DNA of 64,000 bases from Candidatus Adlerbacteria bacterium (GTDB taxonomy: Bacteria; Patescibacteriota; Minisyncoccia; Phycocordibacterales; SBAW01): positions 370,085 to 434,084 of the forward strand of contig CAVVLG010000002.1 in the NCBI GenBank assembly GCA_963749085.1, given 5' to 3'. Of this stretch, positions 1 through 8,879 are shown piece by piece. Numbering within the stretch: the first letter of the stretch is position 1; each line of letters opens with the position of its first letter. Under the pieces are notes generated by a model. That model was not told where the DNA came from. It worked only from the letters and a program-made list of their open reading frames with translations, and did not search any database. The translations under genes and the position numbers were made by a program.

Positions 1-1841
1 GGATTGTAGGAGACGACACTGGCTCCCGACAGAGAGGTAGAGCCGAGGAGTCCCAAGGAAGTGGTTGAGACACTAAGTGCGCCGCTCAGATCGGTGAGTC
101 CCGTGCCAAGAAGCGAGGTGAAGTAATTGCCGCTTAAGGAGAAGGTCGAGGTGACGAGATTGGTGGTGGTGGCGTTGGTGGTGGTTGAGTTTTGAGCAGT
201 GAAGTTCTGGAGGGTCGTTGAGCCAGTGGTGAGGAGTGTCGAGAGAGTGGAGAGGCCGGAGACTGCCAAGGTACCGGTTGCAGTGAGGTTGGTTGCGGTT
301 ACGTTACCGGTGAAGAAGCCCGAGCCGTTGACCGCGAAAGTGGCGAAGGGAGAGGTAGTGCCGATGCCGACCGCATTTTTGAAGTAGGCAGAGAGAGGAA
401 CAGAGCTGTTAACCTCCAGAGCAGCGAGAGAGGTGGTGGCCGTTGAGCCAATGAGAACTTGATTGGTGGTGGTGGCCAAGTACAGGCCGGAGTTGTTGAA
501 GAACACCCAATTGCCATCACTACCGCCTCCACCTCCGGTGCCGCAGATAACCGAACCTGAGGGATTGGTCTCCAGGGTGCAGTTGCCGAAGCCGCCTGCG
601 GTAAGAGACAGCGTACCGGCAAGTACGAAATTCTCCGCAGAGAGGGTTTTAGTTGAGGTGGCGAAGGAGAAGGAGGAGTCTGCGGCTAAGGTGGTCCCGT
701 TAGTGAATTGGACCAAGCCCGGCGTGCCAGTGGCAACCGCAGTACCGCTGCCACTCCCGATACATACCCCATTGATGCTAAAGCAGCCGCTCCCGAGATT
801 GATACCTGCTGCAAAACTTGATGTTGCAGTATTGGTGCTGGTGAAGGTGCCGGTGAAATCTCCACTGGCATTGTTGAAAGAGGAATTGTTGATGGTACTG
901 GCGGCGATGGTAACGTTGTTCAATTGACCGATGTTTTGTGCCAGCGCGATGTTGTTGGTGTAGCCGCCGGTTGCGGGAAGAGAATTGGGGGTGCTTTGAT
1001 TTTGATAGATGAGCGAAGTTAAGGAATTGGAGAGCGCGGTGAGTTGCTCAGTGAGATCAGCTTGAGTGATACCGACTGGAGGACTACTGCTTTCTACTAG
1101 GGTACGCTCGATGATGGGTTGAGTGATATTTTCGACTATGGTTGGGGTTTGATTTACAGTGGCAGTGGGACTTGAAGTCGATTCTGTTGACGAGGTGAGA
1201 GGTACCGAGGGCTGCGGCGAGGTAGGTTCAGATACTGCAACGTTAATTGAATTGTTGGAAGGGAAAAAATACGCAAATATATTCGAAAAGAAATTGGAGG
1301 TAAATGGATTTGATATCTGAGGTATTGCAAGCAGCGGTGGTTTCGTGACGAAGAACGGCGATTCGATCTGGGCCAAAGCTGCGGTAAGCGTTTGCGAATT
1401 ACTTATACTCTGGGCAGGTATACCAAAAAATCGATTTCCAGTGGGAGACGCGACCGTGCCGGCAAAGACAACCGAGATTAGAAGAAACGTCGTACCAATC
1501 GCGAGGCCCAGAGGTCTGGTTATGGAAAAGGCAGATTTTGTTTTGCCTTTGGGGAGAGAACCCGGTAGACCGTTTAATTTTCGATAGAGTTCGTTCTCTT
1601 TCCGGCGCTCCCCAGCAAGATTCTCGGCACGAAGAGATTTGGATTCCCTGCGATCAGATTGAAATTTAATTATCGAAGCCTCCTGAACAAACCACGCATT
1701 ATCAATCCTTTGCCCTACCAGTTTGCCTTCTCGGCAGAGTTTACCGACATAGTCCGGAGCACAGTTGAGAAGCTTTGCTGCAGCGCGGGCCGAAAGCATA
1801 GGTTCACCAGTATTTGCAAAAATTTTCTTAGGCAATGACAT
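1..1841 (-). CDS. Giant Thr/Ser-rich surface protein with N-terminal Xis/MerR-like HTH and one TM helix (5' part only; runs off the window)
   Basis: Not in the ORF track because there is no stop within the window. Hand translation from ATG 1841: MSLPKKIFANTGEPMLSARAAAKLLNCAPDYVGKLCREGKLVGQRIDNAWFVQ..., TM LAIGTTFLLISVVFAG, then T/S/N/G-rich segments (NSTTTNATTTN, GIGTTSPFATFAVNG). Open to position 3. Confidence 0.85.
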   Translation of the reverse strand, partial: MSLPKKIFANTGEPMLSARAAAKLLNCAPDYVGKLCREGKLVGQRIDNAWFVQEASIIKFQSDRRESKSLRAENLAGERRKENELYRKLNGLPGSLPKGKTKSAFSITRPLGLAIGTTFLLISVVFAGTVASPTGNRFFGIPAQSISNSQTLTAALAQIESPFFVTKPPLLAIPQISNPFTSNFFSNIFAYFFPSNNSINVAVSEPTSPQPSVPLTSSTESTSSPTATVNQTPTIVENITQPIIERTLVESSSPPVGITQADLTEQLTALSNSLTSLIYQNQSTPNSLPATGGYTNNIALAQNIGQLNNVTIAASTINNSSFNNASGDFTGTFTSTNTATSSFAAGINLGSGCFSINGVCIGSGSGTAVATGTPGLVQFTNGTTLAADSSFSFATSTKTLSAENFVLAGTLSLTAGGFGNCTLETNPSGSVICGTGGGGGSDGNWVFFNNSGLYLATTTNQVLIGSTATTSLAALEVNSSVPLSAYFKNAVGIGTTSPFATFAVNGSGFFTGNVTATNLTATGTLAVSGLSTLSTLLTTGSTTLQNFTAQNSTTTNATTTNLVTSTFSLSGNYFTSLLGTGLTDLSGALSVSTTSLGLLGSTSLSGASVVSYN

Positions 1842-2505
1842 GAACGATAAAACTTTTGTTTACATAGAGAGTTCGGCTTTACCGCTTTTAAGTTTAACTG
1901 GACTTTCATACTATTTGATGTAAATAGAAGTAAATTCTGTGGACAGAATGCGCAGTACAAGGGCAATTTTAACTTTATTTTGAGGGTTAAAATAACAAAA
2001 AAAAGAATATAAAAAATTAAAAATATATATTCAACAAAATCGGATTCTCGTAAAAAATTAAATAGAAAGTGGATATAAATTATAAGCTTTATATTATGGT
2101 TATATCGGCTGTGCCAGGCGATATCTCGTCTAAACTTTGACAGAATCTTGAATAAAAAACGCGCATAAAAATTTGTTACTAACCATAGTTAAATTTGATA
2201 TCATTGAGATCAATTTTTTCCTATTGTAACCTTATTGTTACGTACACACGCTTCTCTTTTACCGATTTTTAATTTGACTCACTCTTATTAATGAGTCCCT
2301 ATAATCAATTTGTTGCATCTGCTGCTTTGACACCAAATATATAATACCCGAGATATCCTTAAATTCGAGGCTTAATTTAAAAATCTCGGATACATTAGAC
2401 CAGTAGTATGAATCTGCGTATATCCTTATTTTTAATTTGGAACCTTCGGAAAATTCCTTAAAAACAGAATATTTGACGGATTAATACAATGATGCCGAAA
2501 CAGCA

Positions 2506-3213
2506 CTAAAATGAGTACCTAGCGCTTGCTGGCTGACTTCCCTCCACAGTCGTTACCGAACTCAACTTAGCGGAGAGAAGGGTAACTAACCCAAAGAATA
2601 TGCCGCCGATAACAAGTAAGGTTCCAATCCGTACCGCCATTATACGCCACTTAGCCGGCGAATAATGTTTTTTCTCTATAATGGTGATCGCCTCGGCATC
2701 CCTCTTCCACATAGGAGCAGTGGTTATGGGTACACGTTGTATGGGAGGGAAAAAGGGCGAAGTATCGACCACATAGCGTAAACCCCCATGGCTTTCGTTT
2801 CTTTGTTCAGAAACTTTATTTACCGCGATATGATGCATCTCAGGATCTTTTTCTATCTTTTCTGCAACCAATGCCGCGATTTCCTTTTTTAGCTCTTCAA
2901 CTTTTATTTCAACGCTCTGCTCTTTTTCTTTTTCTTGAATTCTCGAAGCATGCGGTTCTACTACTTCTGGTAAGGATTCTTTGATAGCTGGCATTTTCAA
3001 TACATCCTTCGAGCCGTGTATATGGGGAGAAGCTTCTTTCCCGAGATATTCGGTGAGCGAGTCCTCATTTACATACCATGCCCTGCCGATTTTTTGACCT
3101 TCAACTTTACCAGCGCGTACCAACTGTCCAATATAGTCTGGGTGATATTTATGTGCTTTCCCAGCACGTCGAGACGATATGTACCGCTTGCCCGAGATTT
3201 CTAGCTCATCCAT
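2506..3213 (-). CDS. Xis-like HTH protein with C-terminal TM helix
   Basis: YISSRRAGKAHKYHPDYIGQLVRAGKVEGQKIGRAWYV, charged linker, hydrophobic IGTLLVIGGIFFGLVTLL. TATACT lies just upstream of ATG 3213. Confidence 0.8.
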   Translation of the reverse strand: MDELEISGKRYISSRRAGKAHKYHPDYIGQLVRAGKVEGQKIGRAWYVNEDSLTEYLGKEASPHIHGSKDVLKMPAIKESLPEVVEPHASRIQEKEKEQSVEIKVEELKKEIAALVAEKIEKDPEMHHIAVNKVSEQRNESHGGLRYVVDTSPFFPPIQRVPITTAPMWKRDAEAITIIEKKHYSPAKWRIMAVRIGTLLVIGGIFFGLVTLLSAKLSSVTTVEGSQPASARYSF

Positions 3214-3228
3214 GCCCCCCAAGTATAC

Positions 3229-4638
3229 CTAGGAGAGAATTTTTTGTATAGCTGACTGTAATGTCTGAGGATTAGCTGAGCCTCTGGTTTCTTTCATCCC
3301 CTGCCCCACCAGGAACTGGAGGGCCGCTTCTTTACCAGCCTTATAATCGGCGGCGACCTCTGGATGTGCATCAATCACCTTTTGCGCGACTGCCGCGAGT
3401 ATACCTTCATCGCTTTGTTGTATAAGATTTTTCGCGCGCGCGATCACTTCGGGTTCCTCCTCCGACACAATCATCACCTGCAACGTATCCTTCGCCCCAC
3501 GCGAAGAAAGGAGTCCTGTGGATACCAGGTCAATCAAGAGAGCAAATCTTTTGGCATTCTGTGCGGTAAGCCAGGACCGTGTCATCTCGGCCTTTTCTAT
3601 CTTGCCGGCTATGTCGCTTGCAAGGTAATTCGCCAGTAGCGAGGGCACCGTACTATCAGCAGGGGTTGAGAATGCAAGTGCGTTGTCGAAAAAATCTCCA
3701 AGCGCACTATCGCGGACGAACATTTCCACATCATCGGACTTAAGGCCGAGGTCAAGATATCTTTTCCGGCGTTGTCCAGGCAGCTCAGGAACTTGCAACC
3801 GGGTAAACCCTTTCACCTCAGAGACGAGGAGTTTCGGTACGTCTGGATCCGGAAAGTAACGGTAATCATGAGACGATTCTTTCTTGCGCTGTGAAAAGGT
3901 TTCTTCTTTCTGCTCGTCCCAACCGCGCGTTTCTTGCACAACGTCTATGCCCTGCTCCAGCAGTTTCTGCTGCCGCTCCAGTTCATAGGCGATAGCCCGC
4001 TCAAGCGAACGAAAGGAATTGAGATTTTTGACCTCTACCTTGGTACCGAGCATGTCATCGTTGCTCACAGATATATTCGCTTCGACGCGCATTTCACCTT
4101 TCTCCATATTGGCCTCCCCCACCCCGAGATACCGCAGGAGCAATTGCAACTCCCGGGCAAAGGCACCGGCCGCTTCTGTGTCGTGTATCACCGGCTCGGT
4201 GACCAATTCCATCAAGGGTACCCCCGCACGATTGTAATCGACCAAACTTCTCTCCCCTTCATGCTGGGAGCGTGCGGTGTCTTCTTCCAGATGTATACGC
4301 GTCAGCGCAACACCGCGCAGCGACCCACCGACTACTAGTGGATATTGATACTGGCTTATTTGGTAGCCTTTGGGTATATCGGGATAGAAATAATTTTTTC
4401 TATCAAACTCGCTGAAATCAGCAGGCACACTGCCGAGTGCCTCGCCCACGAGTAAGACCTTGTGCACTGCTTCCTTATTTATGACCGGCAGAGTCCCCGG
4501 ATGGGCCGTGCATACCGGACAAATATTCGTATTGGCTTTCTTTTCGTTCGGATCATTGAGGCATGCGCAAAACATCTTGGTTCTGGTTTTGAGCTCCGCA
4601 TGAATCTCAAGGCCTATCGTGGCACGGTAGTCGCTCAT
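3229..4638 (-). CDS. gatB: Asp/Glu-tRNA amidotransferase subunit B
   Basis: IGLEIHAEL, FDRKNYFYPD, RIHLEED, DYNRAGVPLMELVTEP, DYRYFPDPD. Confidence 0.98.
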   Translation of the reverse strand: MSDYRATIGLEIHAELKTRTKMFCACLNDPNEKKANTNICPVCTAHPGTLPVINKEAVHKVLLVGEALGSVPADFSEFDRKNYFYPDIPKGYQISQYQYPLVVGGSLRGVALTRIHLEEDTARSQHEGERSLVDYNRAGVPLMELVTEPVIHDTEAAGAFARELQLLLRYLGVGEANMEKGEMRVEANISVSNDDMLGTKVEVKNLNSFRSLERAIAYELERQQKLLEQGIDVVQETRGWDEQKEETFSQRKKESSHDYRYFPDPDVPKLLVSEVKGFTRLQVPELPGQRRKRYLDLGLKSDDVEMFVRDSALGDFFDNALAFSTPADSTVPSLLANYLASDIAGKIEKAEMTRSWLTAQNAKRFALLIDLVSTGLLSSRGAKDTLQVMIVSEEEPEVIARAKNLIQQSDEGILAAVAQKVIDAHPEVAADYKAGKEAALQFLVGQGMKETRGSANPQTLQSAIQKILS

Positions 4639-4685
4639 ACTATATGTAGTATGTAGAGCAATATAGCAGAACTATCACGCCGTAC

Positions 4686-5681
4686 CTAACCTTTTGGTGC
4701 AGACAGTTGGCGTAGGTGTGCAACAATTACCTGTCTGAGTCCCTCCACCAATCCATCGTCAAGGATAGAAACGTAGAAGAACTCCCTATCTTGATGGGAG
4801 AGGACATGCTCCATGAGCTCCTCTATATCCTTCTGTTCTCGGGTATCCGACTTCGTAAAGACGATAATTTCGGGTTTCTCGGCTAAAATACCGCCCTCGA
4901 ACTTCTCAATCTCGTGCCGGACCACCTTGTAATTGGCAAACACATCATCCGCGGATTCAAGTGAGATGCAGTGTATGAGAAGTCCGGTACGGGCTATATG
5001 GCGCAGAAATTTCGATCCTAACCCTTTTCCACCCGAGGCGCCTTCAATAAGGCCGGGGATATCCGCAATAATATAGCCCCATAGCGCCCCGAGATTAGGA
5101 TCAAGCGTGGTGAAGGCGTACGGAGCCACTTTGCCCACGGCGTGGGTGAGCGCGTTAAGGAGCGATGTTTTACCGGCATTCGGCAGGCCGATAAGCCCGG
5201 CGTCGGCGATGAGGCGCAACTCAATATGGAGCGTTGCCGACTCACCTTTCATACCCGGCGTGCTCTTTATAGGAGTCCGGTTTACCGAGGATTTAAACAC
5301 GGCGTTGCCGGCGCCTCCGCGCCCGCCCTTAAGCAGAAGTGTCTTCTCGCCTTCCTTCAGGAGTTCGTGGATCTCTCCCGTGTCGGTATTCTTGATTATC
5401 GAGCCGACCGGCAGATCAATGACCAAATCATCCCCATTGCGACCATATTTATTCGAACTCTCCCCCGGGGCGCCGTCCCGCGCGCTGAAACTTTTCTCCC
5501 CCCGGTAGCGGGAGAGCAAATTGACGTCGCGCACGGCGCACGCACGCACGTCGCCCCCGTTGCCGCCGTTTCCTCCCGCGGGACCGGAAAATTCCTTTCC
5601 TTTCAAGTGAAGCCAGCGCACGACGCCGTCGCCGCCACTTCCGGCACGCGCGAAAATCGTCAACTCGTCGACAAACGCCAT
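4686..5681 (-). CDS. obgE: GTPase ObgE/CgtA
   Basis: MAFVDE, Gly-rich OBG domain, GLPNAGKTS, YAFTTL, DIPGLIEGAS, FLRHI. Confidence 0.97.
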   Translation of the reverse strand: MAFVDELTIFARAGSGGDGVVRWLHLKGKEFSGPAGGNGGNGGDVRACAVRDVNLLSRYRGEKSFSARDGAPGESSNKYGRNGDDLVIDLPVGSIIKNTDTGEIHELLKEGEKTLLLKGGRGGAGNAVFKSSVNRTPIKSTPGMKGESATLHIELRLIADAGLIGLPNAGKTSLLNALTHAVGKVAPYAFTTLDPNLGALWGYIIADIPGLIEGASGGKGLGSKFLRHIARTGLLIHCISLESADDVFANYKVVRHEIEKFEGGILAEKPEIIVFTKSDTREQKDIEELMEHVLSHQDREFFYVSILDDGLVEGLRQVIVAHLRQLSAPKG

Positions 5682-5691
5682 GGTACAGATG

Positions 5692-6027
5692 CTAGAGCGC
5701 GAGGTGGAGCACCCATCCCACCAGGGTCAATATGACGGAGCCCTCAAGCGCGGGAATAAAACCGGCGACCGAAAAACCGGCCACAAACGTGGCAATAAAC
5801 CAAAAGAGCAGAGCGTTGATGATGAAGGAGAAGAGGCCGAATGTAATGAGATTGATGGGAAGCGCGAGTAGATTGAGAATAGGGCGCACGGTGAGTCCGA
5901 ATATTCCCCACACGATCGCGACGATGAGCGCCGTATAGAAGCTCTGAACCGCGATGCCCGGCACGTAGTTGGCGATAAGCAAGAGCGCCGCTGCAATGAC
6001 CAGAATCCGTATGAGTATCTTAATCAT
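5692..6027 (-). CDS. 4-TM phage holin family (YvlD-like) membrane protein
   Basis: RPILNLLALPINLITFGLFSFIINA motif, four hydrophobic segments. Confidence 0.85.
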   Translation of the reverse strand: MIKILIRILVIAAALLLIANYVPGIAVQSFYTALIVAIVWGIFGLTVRPILNLLALPINLITFGLFSFIINALLFWFIATFVAGFSVAGFIPALEGSVILTLVGWVLHLAL

Positions 6028-6044
6028 GGCCTCATCCTACTCTC

Positions 6045-6815
6045 TTACATGTGCTGAAGCAACGGGGTGTAGAACACGTTGAAGAAACTGAGACCCCAGG
6101 AGGTGAGAAGACCCATATCACCGAGAAGCATGAGTATACCCGTAGATAGAAGTCCTATCCCACCGACGATGGAGAGTACTCGGATAAGGAGGGAGAGGTG
6201 TGCGAGCACCATGGACGCTTTTTGAAGAAAGAGTGCCGTAAGAAGAAAGGGTATACCAAGTCCGAGCGAAAATATGGCCAGAAGGAATGCTCCTTGCAAT
6301 ACCGCCGAAGGACTCGCCGCTAAAAGCGATATGGTCAGGACCGCACCGAGTATGGGTCCCACGCATGGACTCCAACCGAACGCAAACAGCGCACCGATGA
6401 GAATAGAGCTCTCCCACCGTCCAAGCGTTATGAAATGTGGGATACGCAACGAGGCGCTTGAGGAAAGCGCTGGTATGCGCACGATGCCGAGCATGGTGAG
6501 ACCAAAAATAATGAGTATCGCCCCCCCCACACGTCCCAGGACGTCGCGCCAGGGTCCTATAACGGCGCCGATAGCCCCGGCAAACGTCCCTAAGAGAATA
6601 AACACGATTGAGAATCCAATAACGAAAGCGAACGCATTCGATACGATCCGTGTGCGCGCGCCGCGAGCTTCAACCGCGCTCTCGGGTACCCCGGCAATAA
6701 ACGCCAGGTAACCGGGCACAATGGGCAAGGTGCAGGGCGCGAGAAACATCAAAATACCGGCAAGGAACGCGGCGGGCGCCAGCGTGAGCGTAGCAAAAGG
6801 GGCCATTACGGTCAT
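6045..6815 (-). CDS. ccdA: CcdA/DsbD-family transmembrane redox protein
   Basis: FLAPCTLPIVPGY and GWSPCVGPIL motifs. Confidence 0.9.
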   Translation of the reverse strand: MTVMAPFATLTLAPAAFLAGILMFLAPCTLPIVPGYLAFIAGVPESAVEARGARTRIVSNAFAFVIGFSIVFILLGTFAGAIGAVIGPWRDVLGRVGGAILIIFGLTMLGIVRIPALSSSASLRIPHFITLGRWESSILIGALFAFGWSPCVGPILGAVLTISLLAASPSAVLQGAFLLAIFSLGLGIPFLLTALFLQKASMVLAHLSLLIRVLSIVGGIGLLSTGILMLLGDMGLLTSWGLSFFNVFYTPLLQHM

Positions 6816-7243
6816 TGTAGCGCCGATTCTATTTTTTTTCGAACACTTCGCAGAAACTCCTTATCCTTAGGGTGCGTGAGCAGTATCAGCGCCTCATCGA
6901 TCGTTACAAATTTCGCGTCGGTTACTTCACTGTCCCGCGGAGCCAATACAAGTTCTTTAGTCCTAAAAAGAAACAGGGTGCGCTTACGATTCCCCAATTC
7001 AATTTGCTCACTTATACCATCTTTTCCGATTGAGTAGCGCTCGTAGGAGCCAAGTTCTGACAGCAATGTCAAATCTGTGATACCCGTTTCCTCGGCGATC
7101 TCGCGTTTAGCTGCAACAAGCGATGTCTCTCCCTGTTCGATCCCGCCTTTGGGGAACGACCATGAATTGCTGTTTTGCTCGACGAGCACAAGCTTGCTGT
7201 CTGTAGTGAGAATAATTCCTCCAGCTGATGCGCGCGGTTGCAT
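6812..7243 (-). CDS. NUDIX hydrolase
   Basis: Nudix box PKGGIEQGETSLVAAKREIAEETG. Confidence 0.92.
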   Translation of the reverse strand: MQPRASAGGIILTTDSKLVLVEQNSNSWSFPKGGIEQGETSLVAAKREIAEETGITDLTLLSELGSYERYSIGKDGISEQIELGNRKRTLFLFRTKELVLAPRDSEVTDAKFVTIDEALILLTHPKDKEFLRSVRKKIESALQ

Positions 7244-7331
7244 ACTATTTTCTTAGTCCTTTGAGCGTCCGCTTATAGCAACTGAAACAGACGTAGAATT
7301 CTTTTATCATACTAGGTATCCCGCTTTCGCC

Positions 7332-8141
7332 TTATCGCTCGTGAACGGTTTCTGAAGTAGAAATGATGCGCATGAGGAGCGCGTGATCGCCCGTATGTTT
7401 GATAAACCACTCCAGCCACGCATGTTGGTCAAGGCGTAAAGCGTCTTTTTCTGATTTTACTTCAGCAAAAAACCACTCCGCCGTTTTTGAGTCCCATACA
7501 AATAGGTCTGGTACTCCGCCACGTACATTCCTTGGTTCGTTATACGCAGTGATGACTTTTCTTAGATCGGGACCGCTCATTATGATCCTGAGGAAGCTAT
7601 CTATAAACTGCTGCCTGAAGGCTATTTTCTGCCGTTGCCACGCTTCGTCATATACGTCGACTGTCGATTGCGTTGCGTTAAAATGATAGGCATTCCATCG
7701 CAATACCGTATTGTTAAGAAGACTTTCAACCCTATGCCTCCCCGCTAAATACTCTGCGAGTAAAGCCCTCCCTTCCGCCCGCAAAGTAACCAACTCTTTC
7801 CTTCGATATCCATGCGCAGTACCCCAGTTGAGAAACACATCATCAAATAGTGAATTCTCACTACTCATCTTTTTATTAATCATGAAAAAATTAAAAAAGG
7901 TCTGGACATCGTCTCCTCGCACCGGTACAAAGCCATGGGTCGCAAAGAATTCAGCTGCGGCGCCTTCTACCCGCAGATTTTTTCCGTTAATGGAAATAAC
8001 GGCTCTTGGTCTACGTCCTCGCCGCTTTGATGCACTTTTTTTATAGGACAGCCGCACCCGCAAGACCGGCAACGTATAGAAAAAGCTATCGTTGGTTTGT
8101 AACGATGCTCTTGGCGCAAGCGCTGAAAATCCGGTTTGCAT
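7332..8141 (-). CDS. VRR-NUC (PD-(D/E)xK) nuclease domain protein
   Basis: GGVPDLFVW...FAEVKSEKDALRLDQHAWL. Confidence 0.8.
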   Translation of the reverse strand: MQTGFSALAPRASLQTNDSFFYTLPVLRVRLSYKKSASKRRGRRPRAVISINGKNLRVEGAAAEFFATHGFVPVRGDDVQTFFNFFMINKKMSSENSLFDDVFLNWGTAHGYRRKELVTLRAEGRALLAEYLAGRHRVESLLNNTVLRWNAYHFNATQSTVDVYDEAWQRQKIAFRQQFIDSFLRIIMSGPDLRKVITAYNEPRNVRGGVPDLFVWDSKTAEWFFAEVKSEKDALRLDQHAWLEWFIKHTGDHALLMRIISTSETVHER

Positions 8142-8226
8142 ACTATCTTCTTTGTACCATAAGATGCTGATACTCTTCAGTATTTTTCAAACCACAATTT
8201 TTGATATGCGCCTGAAATGGAAAAAA

Positions 8227-8586
8227 TCATCGATCAATTAGACCTAAGCTTACAAGCAGCGCTGCATCAATGTGTTCCATTGTTTCTTTCTGTACAGCAC
8301 CGAGCTTTTTTAAGAGTCTCTGCTTATCAACTGTGCGTATTTGATTCAGTAGTACCATTGAATCACGTCTCAACCCTTTTTGTCTTTCAAGACTAACTTC
8401 GGTTGGATATAACTTCTGTCTATCAAGTGAAGTAATCGCCGCCACAATGGTCACAGGACTATATTGATTACTGACATCGTTTTGGATAATAAGTGCTGGA
8501 CGCGTCTTCTTTATCTCCGAACCCATTGTTGGATCGAATTTTACCAGATATAAATCACCCCGTCTTGGAGAGACGACTCTTACCAT
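8227..8586 (-). CDS. mazF: PemK/MazF family toxin
   Basis: RRGDLYLVKFDPTMGSEIKKTRPALIIQND, QIRTVDKQRL. Confidence 0.93.
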   Translation of the reverse strand: MVRVVSPRRGDLYLVKFDPTMGSEIKKTRPALIIQNDVSNQYSPVTIVAAITSLDRQKLYPTEVSLERQKGLRRDSMVLLNQIRTVDKQRLLKKLGAVQKETMEHIDAALLVSLGLIDR

Positions 8587-8819
8587 GTATCACCGAGATC
8601 GAACATCTCTTCCGCGATCTCAAGATCACGTTTTGCGTTGACTTGCGCGCCCTCTTTAAGAGCCCTGTGCAGATTTGCCACGCTGCGAGTAGTAAGGTAA
8701 AAGTTTATCGCAGCATCAATCAGACGGCTACGATCGCCCTGCTTAGCAACCCGGTCGATGCGCTTAAGTGTCTTGCCAGGCAAGCTAATATTGACTCGCT
8801 CATGGACATCAGTTTTCAT
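8580..8819 (-). CDS. Ribbon-helix-helix antitoxin (MazE/NdoAI-like)
   Basis: ERVNISLPGKTLKRIDR...RSRLI; overlaps the toxin start; TATACT 7 nt before the ATG. Confidence 0.85.
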   Translation of the reverse strand: MKTDVHERVNISLPGKTLKRIDRVAKQGDRSRLIDAAINFYLTTRSVANLHRALKEGAQVNAKRDLEIAEEMFDLGDTW

Positions 8820-8826
8820 GCCTACA

Positions 8827-8855
8827 GTATACACACCATATGTGTGTAAAGCAAG
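8827..8855 (-). promoter_or_regulatory. mazEF promoter with palindromic operator
   Basis: Minus strand TTGCTT-17 nt-TATACT, overlapped by the inverted repeat TACACAC-catat-GTGTGTA (8830-8848). Confidence 0.7.
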
Positions 8856-8879
8856 TGTGAAGCGAACCTACTCGTGAAA

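Noticed and set aside
199-927. Plus-strand Val-rich ORFs
   Set aside because: Antisense shadows of the Thr-rich giant gene on the minus strand
1715-1966. 83-aa ORF in the track
   Set aside because: Alternative frame overlapping the real start (1841) of the giant protein
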